Shown: one piece after another, positions 15,053 to 23,704 of the stretch
Position numbering within the stretch: the first letter of the stretch is position 1
How the letters are laid out: every line of letters starts with the position of its first letter
IMG/VR virus record: IMGVR_UViG_3300010362_000063
Span: 1 to 33,347 of that record
Origin: a virus
Taxonomy: Duplodnaviria; Caudoviricetes
Direction: 5' to 3' (one strand)
DNA: 33,347 nt
Notes under the pieces: model-generated
What the model was told of the DNA's origin: nothing
Database searches by the model: none
What the model saw: only the letters and a program-made list of their open reading frames with translations
Made by a program: the position numbers and the translations under genes

Positions 15053-16368
15053 GCGTCGTCCTCGCCGACCCGGACGTCGCGCTCTACCACGGCGACGCGC
15101 TCGAGGTGCTCCGCACGCTCCCTGACGCGTCGGTTCATTGCTGCGTCACCTCGCCGCCGTTCTACGGGCTCCGCGACTACGGCACCGGCAGCTGGGAAGG
15201 CGGCGACCCCGACTGCGACCACCGCCGGCCCGTCTCGCAGCGCTCGCGCGCCTCCTCCAGACTCGAGGGCGGCAAGGCGACCGTCGCCGAGGCGCAGACC
15301 GGCTACCGCGACCGCTGCCGCTGCGGCGCCGAGCGCGTCGACGACCAGGTCGGCCTCGAACCGACCCCCGACGCCTACATCACCCGGCTCGTCGAGATCT
15401 TCCGTGAGTTGCGGCGCGTGCTGCGCGACGACGGCACGCTCTGGCTCGAGCTCGGCGACAGCTACGCAAGCCAGCCGGGCGGCGACCCGCGCACCGGCTT
15501 CAACTCGCGCTACTTCGGCAAGGATTACCGGCCCGGGAAGCAGGCCGCCGCGGCCGACCATTTCCCCGCCACGCTCGACCGGCGAGCGGCGGGCACGAAA
15601 CGCAAAGACCTGCTCGGCATCCCCTGGCGGGTCGCGTTCGCGCTCCAGCAGGATGGCTGGTGGCTGCGCGCCGAGATCATCTGGGCGAAACCGAACGCGA
15701 TGCCCGAATCCGTGCGCGACCGGCCAACACGCGCACACTCGACCCTGTTCCTGCTCGCCAAGAGCGGCCGCTACTTCTACGACCAGGACGCCGTCCGTGA
15801 GCCGTGGGCCGACAACCGAAACGGCGCCAGCGGCGCCCGGCCCGGAACGCCGGAGGCCTACGCCGACGCCGCCGGCCGCGCAGGCGACACAGGACTCGCC
15901 CGCTTCAACACCGGCGCGCGGCACGGCCGCGGCGGCCTCGAAGGCGGCGCCTACGCCCCGCCCGGGCAGACCCCACACGGAAACGCGCGCGGCCCCGACG
16001 GCCGCCACAAGACCACCGTCACCGCCGGCGACGGCTCCGTGCAGCACCGCGACGGCGAGCGGTGGCCGAACCCGAACGGCCGCAACATGCGGTCGGTCTG
16101 GACGATCCCGACCTCGGGCTACGACGGCGCCCACTACGCCGTGTTCCCGGCCGAGCTCGCCCGCCGCTGCATCGCCGCCGGCTGCCCCGAAGGCGGCACC
16201 GTGCTCGACCCGTTCGTCGGCTCCGGCACCGTCCCCGACGTCGCCCGCCGCATGGGCCGCCACGCGATCGGGATCGACCTCAACCCCGCCTACCTGCGCG
16301 AGCACGCCGCCGCCCGGCTCGCGCAGCTGTCCCTGTTCGCACAACCGACCGAGGAGGTGCCCGCATGA
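15049..16368 (+). CDS. DNA methyltransferase, beta class (N4-C/N6-A)
   Basis: TSPPF motif IV precedes the DPFVGSGT motif I; WAKPNAMPESVRDRPT, HYAVFP. Confidence 0.92.
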   Translation: MSVVLADPDVALYHGDALEVLRTLPDASVHCCVTSPPFYGLRDYGTGSWEGGDPDCDHRRPVSQRSRASSRLEGGKATVAEAQTGYRDRCRCGAERVDDQVGLEPTPDAYITRLVEIFRELRRVLRDDGTLWLELGDSYASQPGGDPRTGFNSRYFGKDYRPGKQAAAADHFPATLDRRAAGTKRKDLLGIPWRVAFALQQDGWWLRAEIIWAKPNAMPESVRDRPTRAHSTLFLLAKSGRYFYDQDAVREPWADNRNGASGARPGTPEAYADAAGRAGDTGLARFNTGARHGRGGLEGGAYAPPGQTPHGNARGPDGRHKTTVTAGDGSVQHRDGERWPNPNGRNMRSVWTIPTSGYDGAHYAVFPAELARRCIAAGCPEGGTVLDPFVGSGTVPDVARRMGRHAIGIDLNPAYLREHAAARLAQLSLFAQPTEEVPA

Positions 16369-16676
16369 CCACAACCGAACCCGATGTCCGGCTGCTCGCC
16401 GCCGCCGACCGCGGCGAAGGCCTCCACCGCCGCGCCGCCGAGATCATCGACGACCTCGACCGGCTCGACGACGAAGAAACCCGGCTCTTCCGGCGCATGG
16501 AAGACGCACGCGCCCAGCTCTTAGAGATCGGGTCGCGGTGGGAGCCCGTCCTCAGCCCCGCCCGGCAGGCCGCCTACGGCGCCTGGCGGCAACACGGCAA
16601 CCGCGAGCACCGGCTCGAACTCGCCAGCCTGGCCGAAGCGCCCGTCCCGCCCGAGGCGCCGTCCGAGGCGCCGTGA
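16365..16676 (+). CDS. Hypothetical helical protein (103 aa)
   Basis: SD GAGGAGG, ATGA/GTGA coupling. Confidence 0.65.
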   Translation: MTTTEPDVRLLAAADRGEGLHRRAAEIIDDLDRLDDEETRLFRRMEDARAQLLEIGSRWEPVLSPARQAAYGAWRQHGNREHRLELASLAEAPVPPEAPSEAP

Positions 16677-17122
16677 GCGTCCGCACCGCCGTCCGGGTCG
16701 CCGTCCACGACCGCAAACCCGAACCCGCCAGCTACCGGCTCGCACGCGGCCGCATGTTCGAAGCCGACACCACACGCGAGTGGAAACAGATCGTCCGCGA
16801 CCGCGCGATCCTCGCCATGGGCGGCGAACCACCCTTCGAAGGGCCGCTCCGGCTCAACCTCAAGGTCACCCTGCGCCGGCCGAAAGGCCACTACCTCGGC
16901 GGCGACCCCAAACGCGAGCTCTCCGCCGAAGGCCGCCGGCACGCCCGGCCAACAACGAAACCCGACCTGACCGCCCTCCTGCGCGCGGTCGAAGACGCGC
17001 TCACAGACGTCTGCTACCGCGACGACTCCCAGGTCGCCGAACAGCGCACCGCGAAGGCCTACGGGAACAGGCCCGGCGTCGAGGTCGAGCTGGTGATGCT
17101 CTCCCCTTTAGGCGACGCATGA
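16673..17122 (+). CDS. rusA: RusA-family Holliday junction resolvase
   Basis: FEGPL...RPKGHY...KPDLTALLRAVEDALT..YRDDSQV....KAY. Confidence 0.85.
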   Translation: MSVRTAVRVAVHDRKPEPASYRLARGRMFEADTTREWKQIVRDRAILAMGGEPPFEGPLRLNLKVTLRRPKGHYLGGDPKRELSAEGRRHARPTTKPDLTALLRAVEDALTDVCYRDDSQVAEQRTAKAYGNRPGVEVELVMLSPLGDA

Positions 17123-17238
17123 GACGGCTCAGGGCGGCGATCGGCGACGCCGTCTTCGCCTGCGGCTGGACCGCCGAGCAGCAGGTCGAAGCCGTGATCG
17201 GAATGCTCGAACAGGCCGGCGCCGGAGTCGAACCGTGA
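17119..17238 (+). CDS. Micro-ORF (39 aa)
   Basis: ATGA coupled; MRRLRAAIGDAVFACGWTAEQQVEAVIGMLEQAGAGVEP. Confidence 0.45.
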   Translation: MRRLRAAIGDAVFACGWTAEQQVEAVIGMLEQAGAGVEP

Positions 17239-17311
17239 CCCGGCCACTGACGTCAGCGGCGAAACGGGCTGCACGCGTGCCCCCGGAGCCGAAAAACCCG
17301 CAAACAGCGGC

Positions 17312-18043
17312 ATGAGCGTGGCCGCCGACAGCGTCCTGCTCACGCTCCTGCTCCGCGAGCAGAACACGGTCTGGATCCCGATCGGCGAGCTCGCCGACGA
17401 ATGCGACCTGACCGACTCGCAGGTCCGGCGGGCGCTCCGCGAGCTCCGGCAGGACGGCCGCATCCTGCCGGCCGGAAAACGCGGAAACACGACCGGCTGG
17501 AGCTTCCCCGACGACGACTCGGAGGCTCGCAGCGCGGCGACGTCACCGGAAACGACGTCCCCCGAAGGGGGGCCGTCGGTTCCCGGTGGCCGGTCGGCCG
17601 AGCGGCTGACCGAGCCTGCGACCCCCACCGCACCCGTTGCCAGACCCGACGACGGCGAGCCGACCGGCGAGGAGGCGGCTGAGCTGCGGCGGCTCGGCCT
17701 CGCGCACTGCTACTCGATCCTCGACCACGTCTACGACGACCTGCTCGGCCAGCCCGACCTGCCCGCCGGCGAGTGCGGCGAATGCGACCAGGAGGCACGC
17801 CGCCGGTACCGGCTCGGCCGGTTCGCGCTCTGCCGCGACTGCCGCCTGCGCCGGCTGAGGGCGAAGCAGCAGCTCGAGGCGGCCGCGGCGGTGCTCGAGA
17901 TCGACCTGCCCACGATCGAACCGGCACCGGAGCCGGTCGAGATCGCGGCTCTGCCCGACGCCGAGGTGGTGCTGCTCGAACGGGCCCGCGACCGGCGCAA
18001 CGGCAACACGCCGAACCCGCTCTGGGACGACCCCGACTTCTGA
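17312..18043 (+). CDS. Winged-HTH plus Zn-finger protein (possible replication initiator)
   Basis: IGELADECDLTDSQVRRALRELRQDGRI; CGEC...CRDC; acidic tail WDDPDF. Confidence 0.6.
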   Translation: MSVAADSVLLTLLLREQNTVWIPIGELADECDLTDSQVRRALRELRQDGRILPAGKRGNTTGWSFPDDDSEARSAATSPETTSPEGGPSVPGGRSAERLTEPATPTAPVARPDDGEPTGEEAAELRRLGLAHCYSILDHVYDDLLGQPDLPAGECGECDQEARRRYRLGRFALCRDCRLRRLRAKQQLEAAAAVLEIDLPTIEPAPEPVEIAALPDAEVVLLERARDRRNGNTPNPLWDDPDF

Positions 18044-18840
18044 TGATGAAGCCCGAGCAGGCGAATGAATTCACGGACGGACTCGGCCAGGTCTTCGCTG
18101 GAGCGGTCCGCCTCGCCGGGCTCGCCGTCGAGCTCGACGTCCCGCAGGCGCTCGGGCTGACCCCGGAGGAGTGGGCGCAGCGGCGCCTCGCCGGGCATGT
18201 TCGTCTCAGCATCGCGGAGCGGCGCGCGGTCGTCGACGCGAACCCGGAGCGGTCGAGCCGCGAGCTCGGCGAGGCGCTCGGCGTCGACCACGCGACCATC
18301 GCCCGCGACCGGCAAGCCGTCGCAGATGCGACAGCGCCGACCCGCGACGAGCCGAGCGAGCAGGCCGCGCCCGTCGCAAATGCGACAGCGAATGGCCGTG
18401 ACCGCTCGGCCCTGTTCACGTCCGAGACCGCCGAATGGTCGACGCCGCAGGATCTGTTCGACGAGCTCGACGCCGAACTCGGCTTCGACCTTGACGTCTG
18501 CGCGACCGCCGCCAACGCGAAGTGCGAGCGCTACTTCACAGAGGCCGACGACGGACTCACGCAGCGCTGGGTGGGCGCCTGCTGGATGAACCCGCCCTAT
18601 GGCGACGCGATCGGCCGCTGGATCGCTAAGGCGTGGAGCTCGGCCGAGGAGGGCGCAACCGTCGCCTGTCTCGTCCCAGCGCGCGTCGACACCGGCTGGT
18701 GGTGGGACTACTGCCGACGCGGTGAGATCCGCTTCCTGCGCGGTCGCCTCAAGTTCGGCGGTGCCGAGGCCTCGGCGCCGTTCCCTTCGGCGCTCGTCGT
18801 CTTCCCGCGCGAGCCGTGCGTCCTCTGGTGGGAGCGATGA
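18043..18840 (+). CDS. HTH fused to phage-type N6-adenine (Dam-like) methyltransferase
   Basis: HTH SSRELGEALGVDHATIARDR; EWSTPQDLF, LDVCA, DGL.Q.W, NPPYG, LVPARVDT.WW, FLRGRLKF and APFPS motifs. Confidence 0.9.
   Translation: MMKPEQANEFTDGLGQVFAGAVRLAGLAVELDVPQALGLTPEEWAQRRLAGHVRLSIAERRAVVDANPERSSRELGEALGVDHATIARDRQAVADATAPTRDEPSEQAAPVANATANGRDRSALFTSETAEWSTPQDLFDELDAELGFDLDVCATAANAKCERYFTEADDGLTQRWVGACWMNPPYGDAIGRWIAKAWSSAEEGATVACLVPARVDTGWWWDYCRRGEIRFLRGRLKFGGAEASAPFPSALVVFPREPCVLWWER
18317..18390. repeat. Two 20-bp repeats, each containing a 14-bp palindrome
   Basis: GTCGCA-GA-TGCGAC (18319-18332) and GTCGCA-AA-TGCGAC (18373-18386). Confidence 0.9.
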
Positions 18841-19191
18841 AGCCCGCGTTCCAAGTGGGCGACTGCTTCAAGCTCGCCGCGATCAAATTGCGCGTCGAGG
18901 CCGGCCGCCACGGGAACGGCGACCAAGTGCTCAGCCTACGGTCGCCCGGCGGTACCTGGGCGAAGCTGCCGATGGACCTCGGCGCGCTACAGGCCGACTT
19001 CTACGACCAGAACGAGCCGCGCCGCTATCGCTGGACGGGCGAGCACGAAGGCCGCTCGATGTATCCAAGCCTGCTCAACTGCGCCGTCGTCGAGGGCTGG
19101 CGCGAGGCGGTGCGGCGCAAGCTCGAGCCGTACCGCAAGCGGCCGCCGCCCGAGCGCGCCGTCGATCCGTGGAGCGACCCCGACTTTCTAA
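18837..19191 (+). CDS. Hypothetical protein, read in-frame into the RecT-like gene
   Basis: ATGA coupled; ends DPWSDPDF with TAA (19189-19191) one base out of frame. Confidence 0.55.
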
Positions 19192-19208
19192 GCGAGGGAG
19201 GTACCAGC

Positions 19209-19847
19209 ATGAGCACGACCGAACAGCAGCAGAAGTCGCAGGCGCTGATCCCGGCCCGCGACGACGCCGACATCCAACGCATCGCCCGGCTCGGCCAATG
19301 GCTCGCCGCCAGCGAGCAGCGCGACCCGACCCCCGCCGAACAGGGCGCCGCGGCCGCGCTCCGGCTCTGGCTCGCGCAGGAGCTCGGCCTCCCCCTGCGC
19401 GCCGCCTCCGAGCTGTCGATGGTGAAGGGCCGCCTCGTCGTCAGCGTGCAGCTACTGCGCGCGCTGGCGCGGCAGGCCGGCTACCGCGTCGAGCGGGTCG
19501 AGCTCGACGACGAGCACTGCACGGCGGCCGTGATCCGCGCCGACAACGGGGCCGAGCTCGGCCGCGCCACGTTCACGATCGACGACGCCCGCCGGGCGAA
19601 CCTGATCAAAGACCGCGGTGCCTGGGAGACCTACCCACAACGGATGCTCTGGGCCCGGGCCGCAGGCTGGGCGATCAAAGACACGATCCCTGAGGTCGCG
19701 CTCGGCCTGGTGCTGCACGAGGAGGCCGACGAGATCCGGGGCGGCTACGGCGTGATCGACGCCGAGGCGATCCCCGTCGACGAGCTCCAAGCCGACGAGC
19801 TACCCGACGACGACGAGCCGCAGCCGGCACCGGAGGCGCAGCCGTGA
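19209..19847 (+). CDS. RecT/Redbeta-like single-strand annealing protein
   Basis: Own SD GGAGG at 19197; TFTIDDARRANL...WETYPQRMLWARA..WAIKDTIPEV..GL..HEE. Confidence 0.75.
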   Translation: MSTTEQQQKSQALIPARDDADIQRIARLGQWLAASEQRDPTPAEQGAAAALRLWLAQELGLPLRAASELSMVKGRLVVSVQLLRALARQAGYRVERVELDDEHCTAAVIRADNGAELGRATFTIDDARRANLIKDRGAWETYPQRMLWARAAGWAIKDTIPEVALGLVLHEEADEIRGGYGVIDAEAIPVDELQADELPDDDEPQPAPEAQP

Positions 19848-19957
19848 GCGGCGGCCAGATCTTCGCGCTCGCCTGGCTGATCCTTGCCGCCCTGGTCGCG
19901 GTCGGCCTGCTCGCCTACCTCTACCTCGGACCGGGGTCGAGCCGGTGGTACCGGTGA
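19844..19957 (+). CDS. Small membrane peptide (37 aa)
   Basis: MSGGQIFALAWLILAALVAVGLLAYLYLGPGSSRWYR, GTGA coupled at both ends. Confidence 0.6.
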   Translation: MSGGQIFALAWLILAALVAVGLLAYLYLGPGSSRWYR

Positions 19958-20433
19958 CCGGCTCCGACCTGGTCGTCCCGGTCACCGGCGAGCTCGTCCC
20001 CGCCGACGACCCGGCCGCGATCGCACGCGCGCTCGACCAGCTCGCCAGCTGGCAGCGCGCCCTCGCCGACTTCCGGCGCGCCCTCACCGGGCTGCTCGTC
20101 GAAGAGGCACAACGCCAGGGCACAAAAACGCTTCACCTGCAGGGGGCCGAGGTCACGCTCACGGGCGGGTCGAAACGCACCTGGGACGTCGACCGGCTGC
20201 TCGAGGAGCTCGCCGCCGCCGGGCTGCCACACGACCGGCTCGTCGACCTCGTCAAATGGACACCCAGAGTCAACGCGTCCGTGGCGCGGCAGCTGCGGGC
20301 CGCCAACCCGGAATACGCGCGCATCCTCGACGACGCGCAGAGCGAGGAGCCGGCGCCGTGGCGGGCGACCGTCGAGCTCGCCCCCGACCCGGCGCTGCCC
20401 GCCGGCCACGACGACGACGTCGTCGACGAATGA
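19954..20433 (+). CDS. Hypothetical phage protein (coiled-coil)
   Basis: GTGA coupled; VPVTGELV...QGTKTLHL; GC3-rich codon usage. Confidence 0.7.
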   Translation: MTGSDLVVPVTGELVPADDPAAIARALDQLASWQRALADFRRALTGLLVEEAQRQGTKTLHLQGAEVTLTGGSKRTWDVDRLLEELAAAGLPHDRLVDLVKWTPRVNASVARQLRAANPEYARILDDAQSEEPAPWRATVELAPDPALPAGHDDDVVDE

Positions 20434-20636
20434 AGGGTCGCCTGCTCACCTGCACCTGCTGCCGCGGCCGGATCCTCGTCCACGAGCTGCCGGGCCCGTT
20501 CATCGACCCGAACCTGTACGTGTGCACGGACTGCCTGCGCCCCGTCGACGACCCGCAGGGCCGGCAGCTGGCGTTGGCCGAGGGGCGCGAGGAGACACGC
20601 GACTACGACCCGTCGATGGCCGAGATCCCGTACTGA
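20430..20636 (+). CDS. Zn-ribbon micro-protein (68 aa)
   Basis: CTCC...CTDC; ATGA coupled; ends AEIPY. Confidence 0.6.
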   Translation: MKGRLLTCTCCRGRILVHELPGPFIDPNLYVCTDCLRPVDDPQGRQLALAEGREETRDYDPSMAEIPY

Positions 20637-20638
20637 CC

Positions 20639-20839
20639 GTGGGCGCACCCGTCGACCTCGAGCTCGACCGGCGGCGCCGCCACCGCAGCGCCGCCGCCGA
20701 CGGCTGGCGGCCACGCGAAACCTGCGGCTGCCAGCGGCCGGACCGGGTCGCGCTCGCCGGCGGCAACGGCTACCACCTCGCCAACATGTGCGGCCGTTGC
20801 CGACGCCGCCTCGGCCGACCGGGCATAGTCCGGCCGTGA
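20639..20839 (+). CDS. Cys-containing micro-protein (66 aa)
   Basis: CGC...CGRC; fills the gap and ends in a GTGA overlap. Confidence 0.5.
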   Translation: MGAPVDLELDRRRRHRSAAADGWRPRETCGCQRPDRVALAGGNGYHLANMCGRCRRRLGRPGIVRP

Positions 20840-21162
20840 CCGGAATCCCGAACAGCGGCCGGCTCGAGGTGCAAGGGATCGTCTCCGCGCAGAGCGGCGA
20901 GCCCTTGGTGCAGTTCCGCCAGCTCGACGGCGACGGGAAGGTCGAGGCCGAATGGCAGGCCGGCGTCGCCGACGCGCGCGAATGCGCACAGCAGATCGTC
21001 GAGGCGGCGATGAACGCGACCTACGACGCCGCCCTGATCGCCTGGGCGAAAGAGACCTGGCCCGACGACGAGCTGATGGGCGCACGGATGCTGCAGCTGA
21101 TCCGCGACTACCGCGCCGACTCCTGGGGCCTTCCCGACCAGCCCGAGGACTGGCGCACGTGA
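20836..21162 (+). CDS. Hypothetical phage protein (108 aa)
   Basis: IVSAQSGEPLVQF...AR..AQQIVEAA.NA.YDAAL; coupled at both ends. Confidence 0.7.
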   Translation: MTGIPNSGRLEVQGIVSAQSGEPLVQFRQLDGDGKVEAEWQAGVADARECAQQIVEAAMNATYDAALIAWAKETWPDDELMGARMLQLIRDYRADSWGLPDQPEDWRT

Positions 21163-21395
21163 GCGACGCGCCGTCCTGCCCGGCCGGGCATCCGATGGTC
21201 GTCCGCGACCGCTTCCGCTTCGACCACGAACCCGGCGACACGCCCCGCGACAGCTTCCTGCTCGCCCGCTTCGCCGAGGCCGGCGTCGAGCTCGGCGCCG
21301 AGGTCACGCTCTACTACTGCGCCGCCTGCGACTACGCGCAGGCCGCGTTCGCCTACCCCGACCCCGGCGACGAAGCCGGCACGGCGACGCCCTAA
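21159..21395 (+). CDS. Hypothetical Zn-binding protein (78 aa)
   Basis: CPAGH...YCAACDY; GTGA coupled. Confidence 0.6.
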   Translation: MSDAPSCPAGHPMVVRDRFRFDHEPGDTPRDSFLLARFAEAGVELGAEVTLYYCAACDYAQAAFAYPDPGDEAGTATP

Positions 21396-21406
21396 GCTTC
21401 CCTGAC

Positions 21407-21904
21407 ATGAGCGGTGCCGCCACGGTCTGCGCCAGCGCCGGCTGCCCGAGACCAGCCGTGCGCCGAGGCCGCTGTGACCAGCACGCCCCGCCTGCCTGGC
21501 ACGGCAACCGCGCACGACGGGAACGGCTCGGGCTCGCGTTGCCGATCCGTGTCCGCCGAGCGGTCCGCGCCGCCGCCGGCGACCGCTGCGCCCACTGCCG
21601 CCTCGACGTTCCCGCCGGCACCGGCGGCGTCGACCACGTCCATGCCGGCGACCCCGCCTCGCCGCTGCAACTCCTCTGCGACCGCTGCCACCAGGCGAAG
21701 ACCCGCCTCGAGCAGGCGCGGCGGCGGAGGGGGCCCCTCCCCCCGGCGGCGGCGGCGAACCCCGACGGGGACACTCCCGGCGAGAAAGACCGCGCCCGCG
21801 CGCGCGAGGGGGGTGCCGAAATAGGCGCCCGGGCGCGCCCAGGGCGCCCAGGGCGGCCTGCGACCCTCGACCCCGGCCGGGACGTCGCCGGATCCGGCAG
21901 ATGA
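21407..21904 (+). CDS. HNH endonuclease (packaging-associated type) with low-complexity extension
   Basis: C...GCP......RC..H; CAHC..VDH...LQLLCDRCHQAKT..E. Confidence 0.85.
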   Translation: MSGAATVCASAGCPRPAVRRGRCDQHAPPAWHGNRARRERLGLALPIRVRRAVRAAAGDRCAHCRLDVPAGTGGVDHVHAGDPASPLQLLCDRCHQAKTRLEQARRRRGPLPPAAAANPDGDTPGEKDRARAREGGAEIGARARPGRPGRPATLDPGRDVAGSGR

Positions 21905-23268
21905 CCGCCCAGAGGCCCGGAGGCGACCGGATCCCGGCGACCCTGCGCGAGCTCGAGGTGCCGATCGGCGCGCTGAAGCCGTACCGGGCGAATCCGCGCC
22001 GCGGCGACCTGGAGGCGATCAAGGCGTCGCTGGAGGCGCACGGCCAGTACCGGCCGGTCGTCGCGCGCAAGGGCAGCGGCGAGGTGCTGGCCGGCAATCA
22101 CACGCTCGCCGCGGCGCGCGAGCTGGGATGGGAGTCGCTGGCGGCGACGTTCGTGGAGGTCGACGACGACCAGGCGGCCCGGATTGTGCTGGTCGACAAC
22201 CGGACGGCCGACCTCGCCGGCTACGACGACCAGGCGCTCGCCGACCTGCTCGCGGCGATCCCGGATCTCGAAGGGACGGCGTGGCGGCAGGCGGAGCTCG
22301 ACCAGCTGCTCGACCGGCTCGCCGACCAGGGTGACGCCGGCCGGGACACGGAGCCTGGTGAGCGGCCGGCGAAACCGGCCGCCAGGCCGGGCGATCTGTG
22401 GCGGCTCGGCGAGCACCGGCTGGTCTGCGGCGACTCGACCGACGCGGCGACGGTCGCCCGGCTGTTCGCCGGCGGCGAGCAGGCGGAGATGGTGTGGACC
22501 GATCCGCCCTACGGCGTCGACTACCACGCGCCGACGGCGCGCCGGCCACCCGGCCAGTACGGGCTCAACCGGGCAGGGGGCGCCAGCTTCCTGAACGACC
22601 ACCGTGACCACGAGCGGCTGCACGCGCTGCTGCTCGGGGCGCTGCGGCTGGCGCACGAGCACACGAAGGCGGGCGGCGCGATCTACGTCGCCCATTCCGA
22701 CGTCGCCTACACGCACGGCGGCTCCGTGTTCCGGTCGGCGCTGCTCGACGCCGGCTGGGACCTGCGGCAGGTCGTCGTCTGGGTCAAGAACTCGTTCGTG
22801 CTCTCCAGGCAGGACTACCACTGGCAGCACGAGCCGATCCTGTACGGCTGGAAGCCGGGTGCCGGTCACCGCTGGCGCGGAGGCCTCGACCGGGCGACGG
22901 TGGTCGACGACGACGTCGACCCGACGAAGCTGGACAAGCGGCAGTTGGTCGCGCTGGTGCGGCAGTTGCAGAACGAGCGCGGCACGACCGTTGTCCGGGA
23001 GGACAAGCCGCACCGCAACGACCTGCACCCGACGATGAAGCCGGTCGCGCTGGTCGCCCGGCAGGTCGCCAACTCGAGCCTGCGCGGCGAGATCGTCTAC
23101 GAGCCGTTCGGCGGGTCCGGGACGACCCTGATCGCGGCCGAGAACCTCGGCCGCCGCTGCCGGCTGGTCGAGCTCGACCCTGGCTACTGCGAGGTGATCG
23201 TCGACCGCTGGCAGCGACACACAGGCCAGACGGCGAAACGGGAGCCGAGGCGCAAGCGTGCCGCCTAG
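21901..23268 (+). CDS. ParB-N domain fused to DNA methyltransferase
   Basis: LKPYRANPRR..GQYRPVV..VLAGNH..DNRTADL; TDPPYG; HPTMKP; EPFGGSGTT; ELDPGYCEVIVDRWQ. Confidence 0.92.
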   Translation: MTAQRPGGDRIPATLRELEVPIGALKPYRANPRRGDLEAIKASLEAHGQYRPVVARKGSGEVLAGNHTLAAARELGWESLAATFVEVDDDQAARIVLVDNRTADLAGYDDQALADLLAAIPDLEGTAWRQAELDQLLDRLADQGDAGRDTEPGERPAKPAARPGDLWRLGEHRLVCGDSTDAATVARLFAGGEQAEMVWTDPPYGVDYHAPTARRPPGQYGLNRAGGASFLNDHRDHERLHALLLGALRLAHEHTKAGGAIYVAHSDVAYTHGGSVFRSALLDAGWDLRQVVVWVKNSFVLSRQDYHWQHEPILYGWKPGAGHRWRGGLDRATVVDDDVDPTKLDKRQLVALVRQLQNERGTTVVREDKPHRNDLHPTMKPVALVARQVANSSLRGEIVYEPFGGSGTTLIAAENLGRRCRLVELDPGYCEVIVDRWQRHTGQTAKREPRRKRAA

Positions 23269-23704
23269 GAAACGCGTCGGCAGGCCGACCGCGCTCACTC
23301 CGGAGCTCGCCGAGCGGCTGGTCGAGCTGCTGCGCGCCGGGTCGCATCCCGACGTCGCCTGCAAGGTCGTCGGGATCGGGCGGCGCACCTACTACCGCTG
23401 GCTCGCCCGCGGCCAATCGAACCGGGCCCGCGACCGCCCCTACGCCGACCTGCGCGACCGGATCGGGCAGGCGCGCGCCGAGGCCGAAGCCCGGGCGGTC
23501 GCGCAGATCGCCAGGGCGGGCGCCGACGACTGGCGCGCCGCCGCCTGGTTCCTCGAGCGTGGCTTCCCCGACCGCTGGGGCCGGCCGGCCGAACGGGAGC
23601 GGCTGATCGAGATCCCGGCGCCGGCCGAGCCGGCGCCCGCCGAGGACCCGTTCGCCGAGGTCGACGAGCTCGCAGCGCGCCGCCGCACGAGCGGTGGCCC
23701 GTAG
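23258..23704 (+). CDS. terS: Terminase small subunit
   Basis: GRPTALTPE...VGIGRRTYYRW HTH and DWRAAAWFLER..PDRWG; overlaps the terL start. Confidence 0.75.
   Translation: MPPRKRVGRPTALTPELAERLVELLRAGSHPDVACKVVGIGRRTYYRWLARGQSNRARDRPYADLRDRIGQARAEAEARAVAQIARAGADDWRAAAWFLERGFPDRWGRPAERERLIEIPAPAEPAPAEDPFAEVDELAARRRTSGGP

Noticed and set aside
15780-16075. Intein or mobile insertion in the beta-class methyltransferase
   Set aside because: Gly-rich variable target-recognition region; no C/S...HN intein termini or endonuclease motifs.
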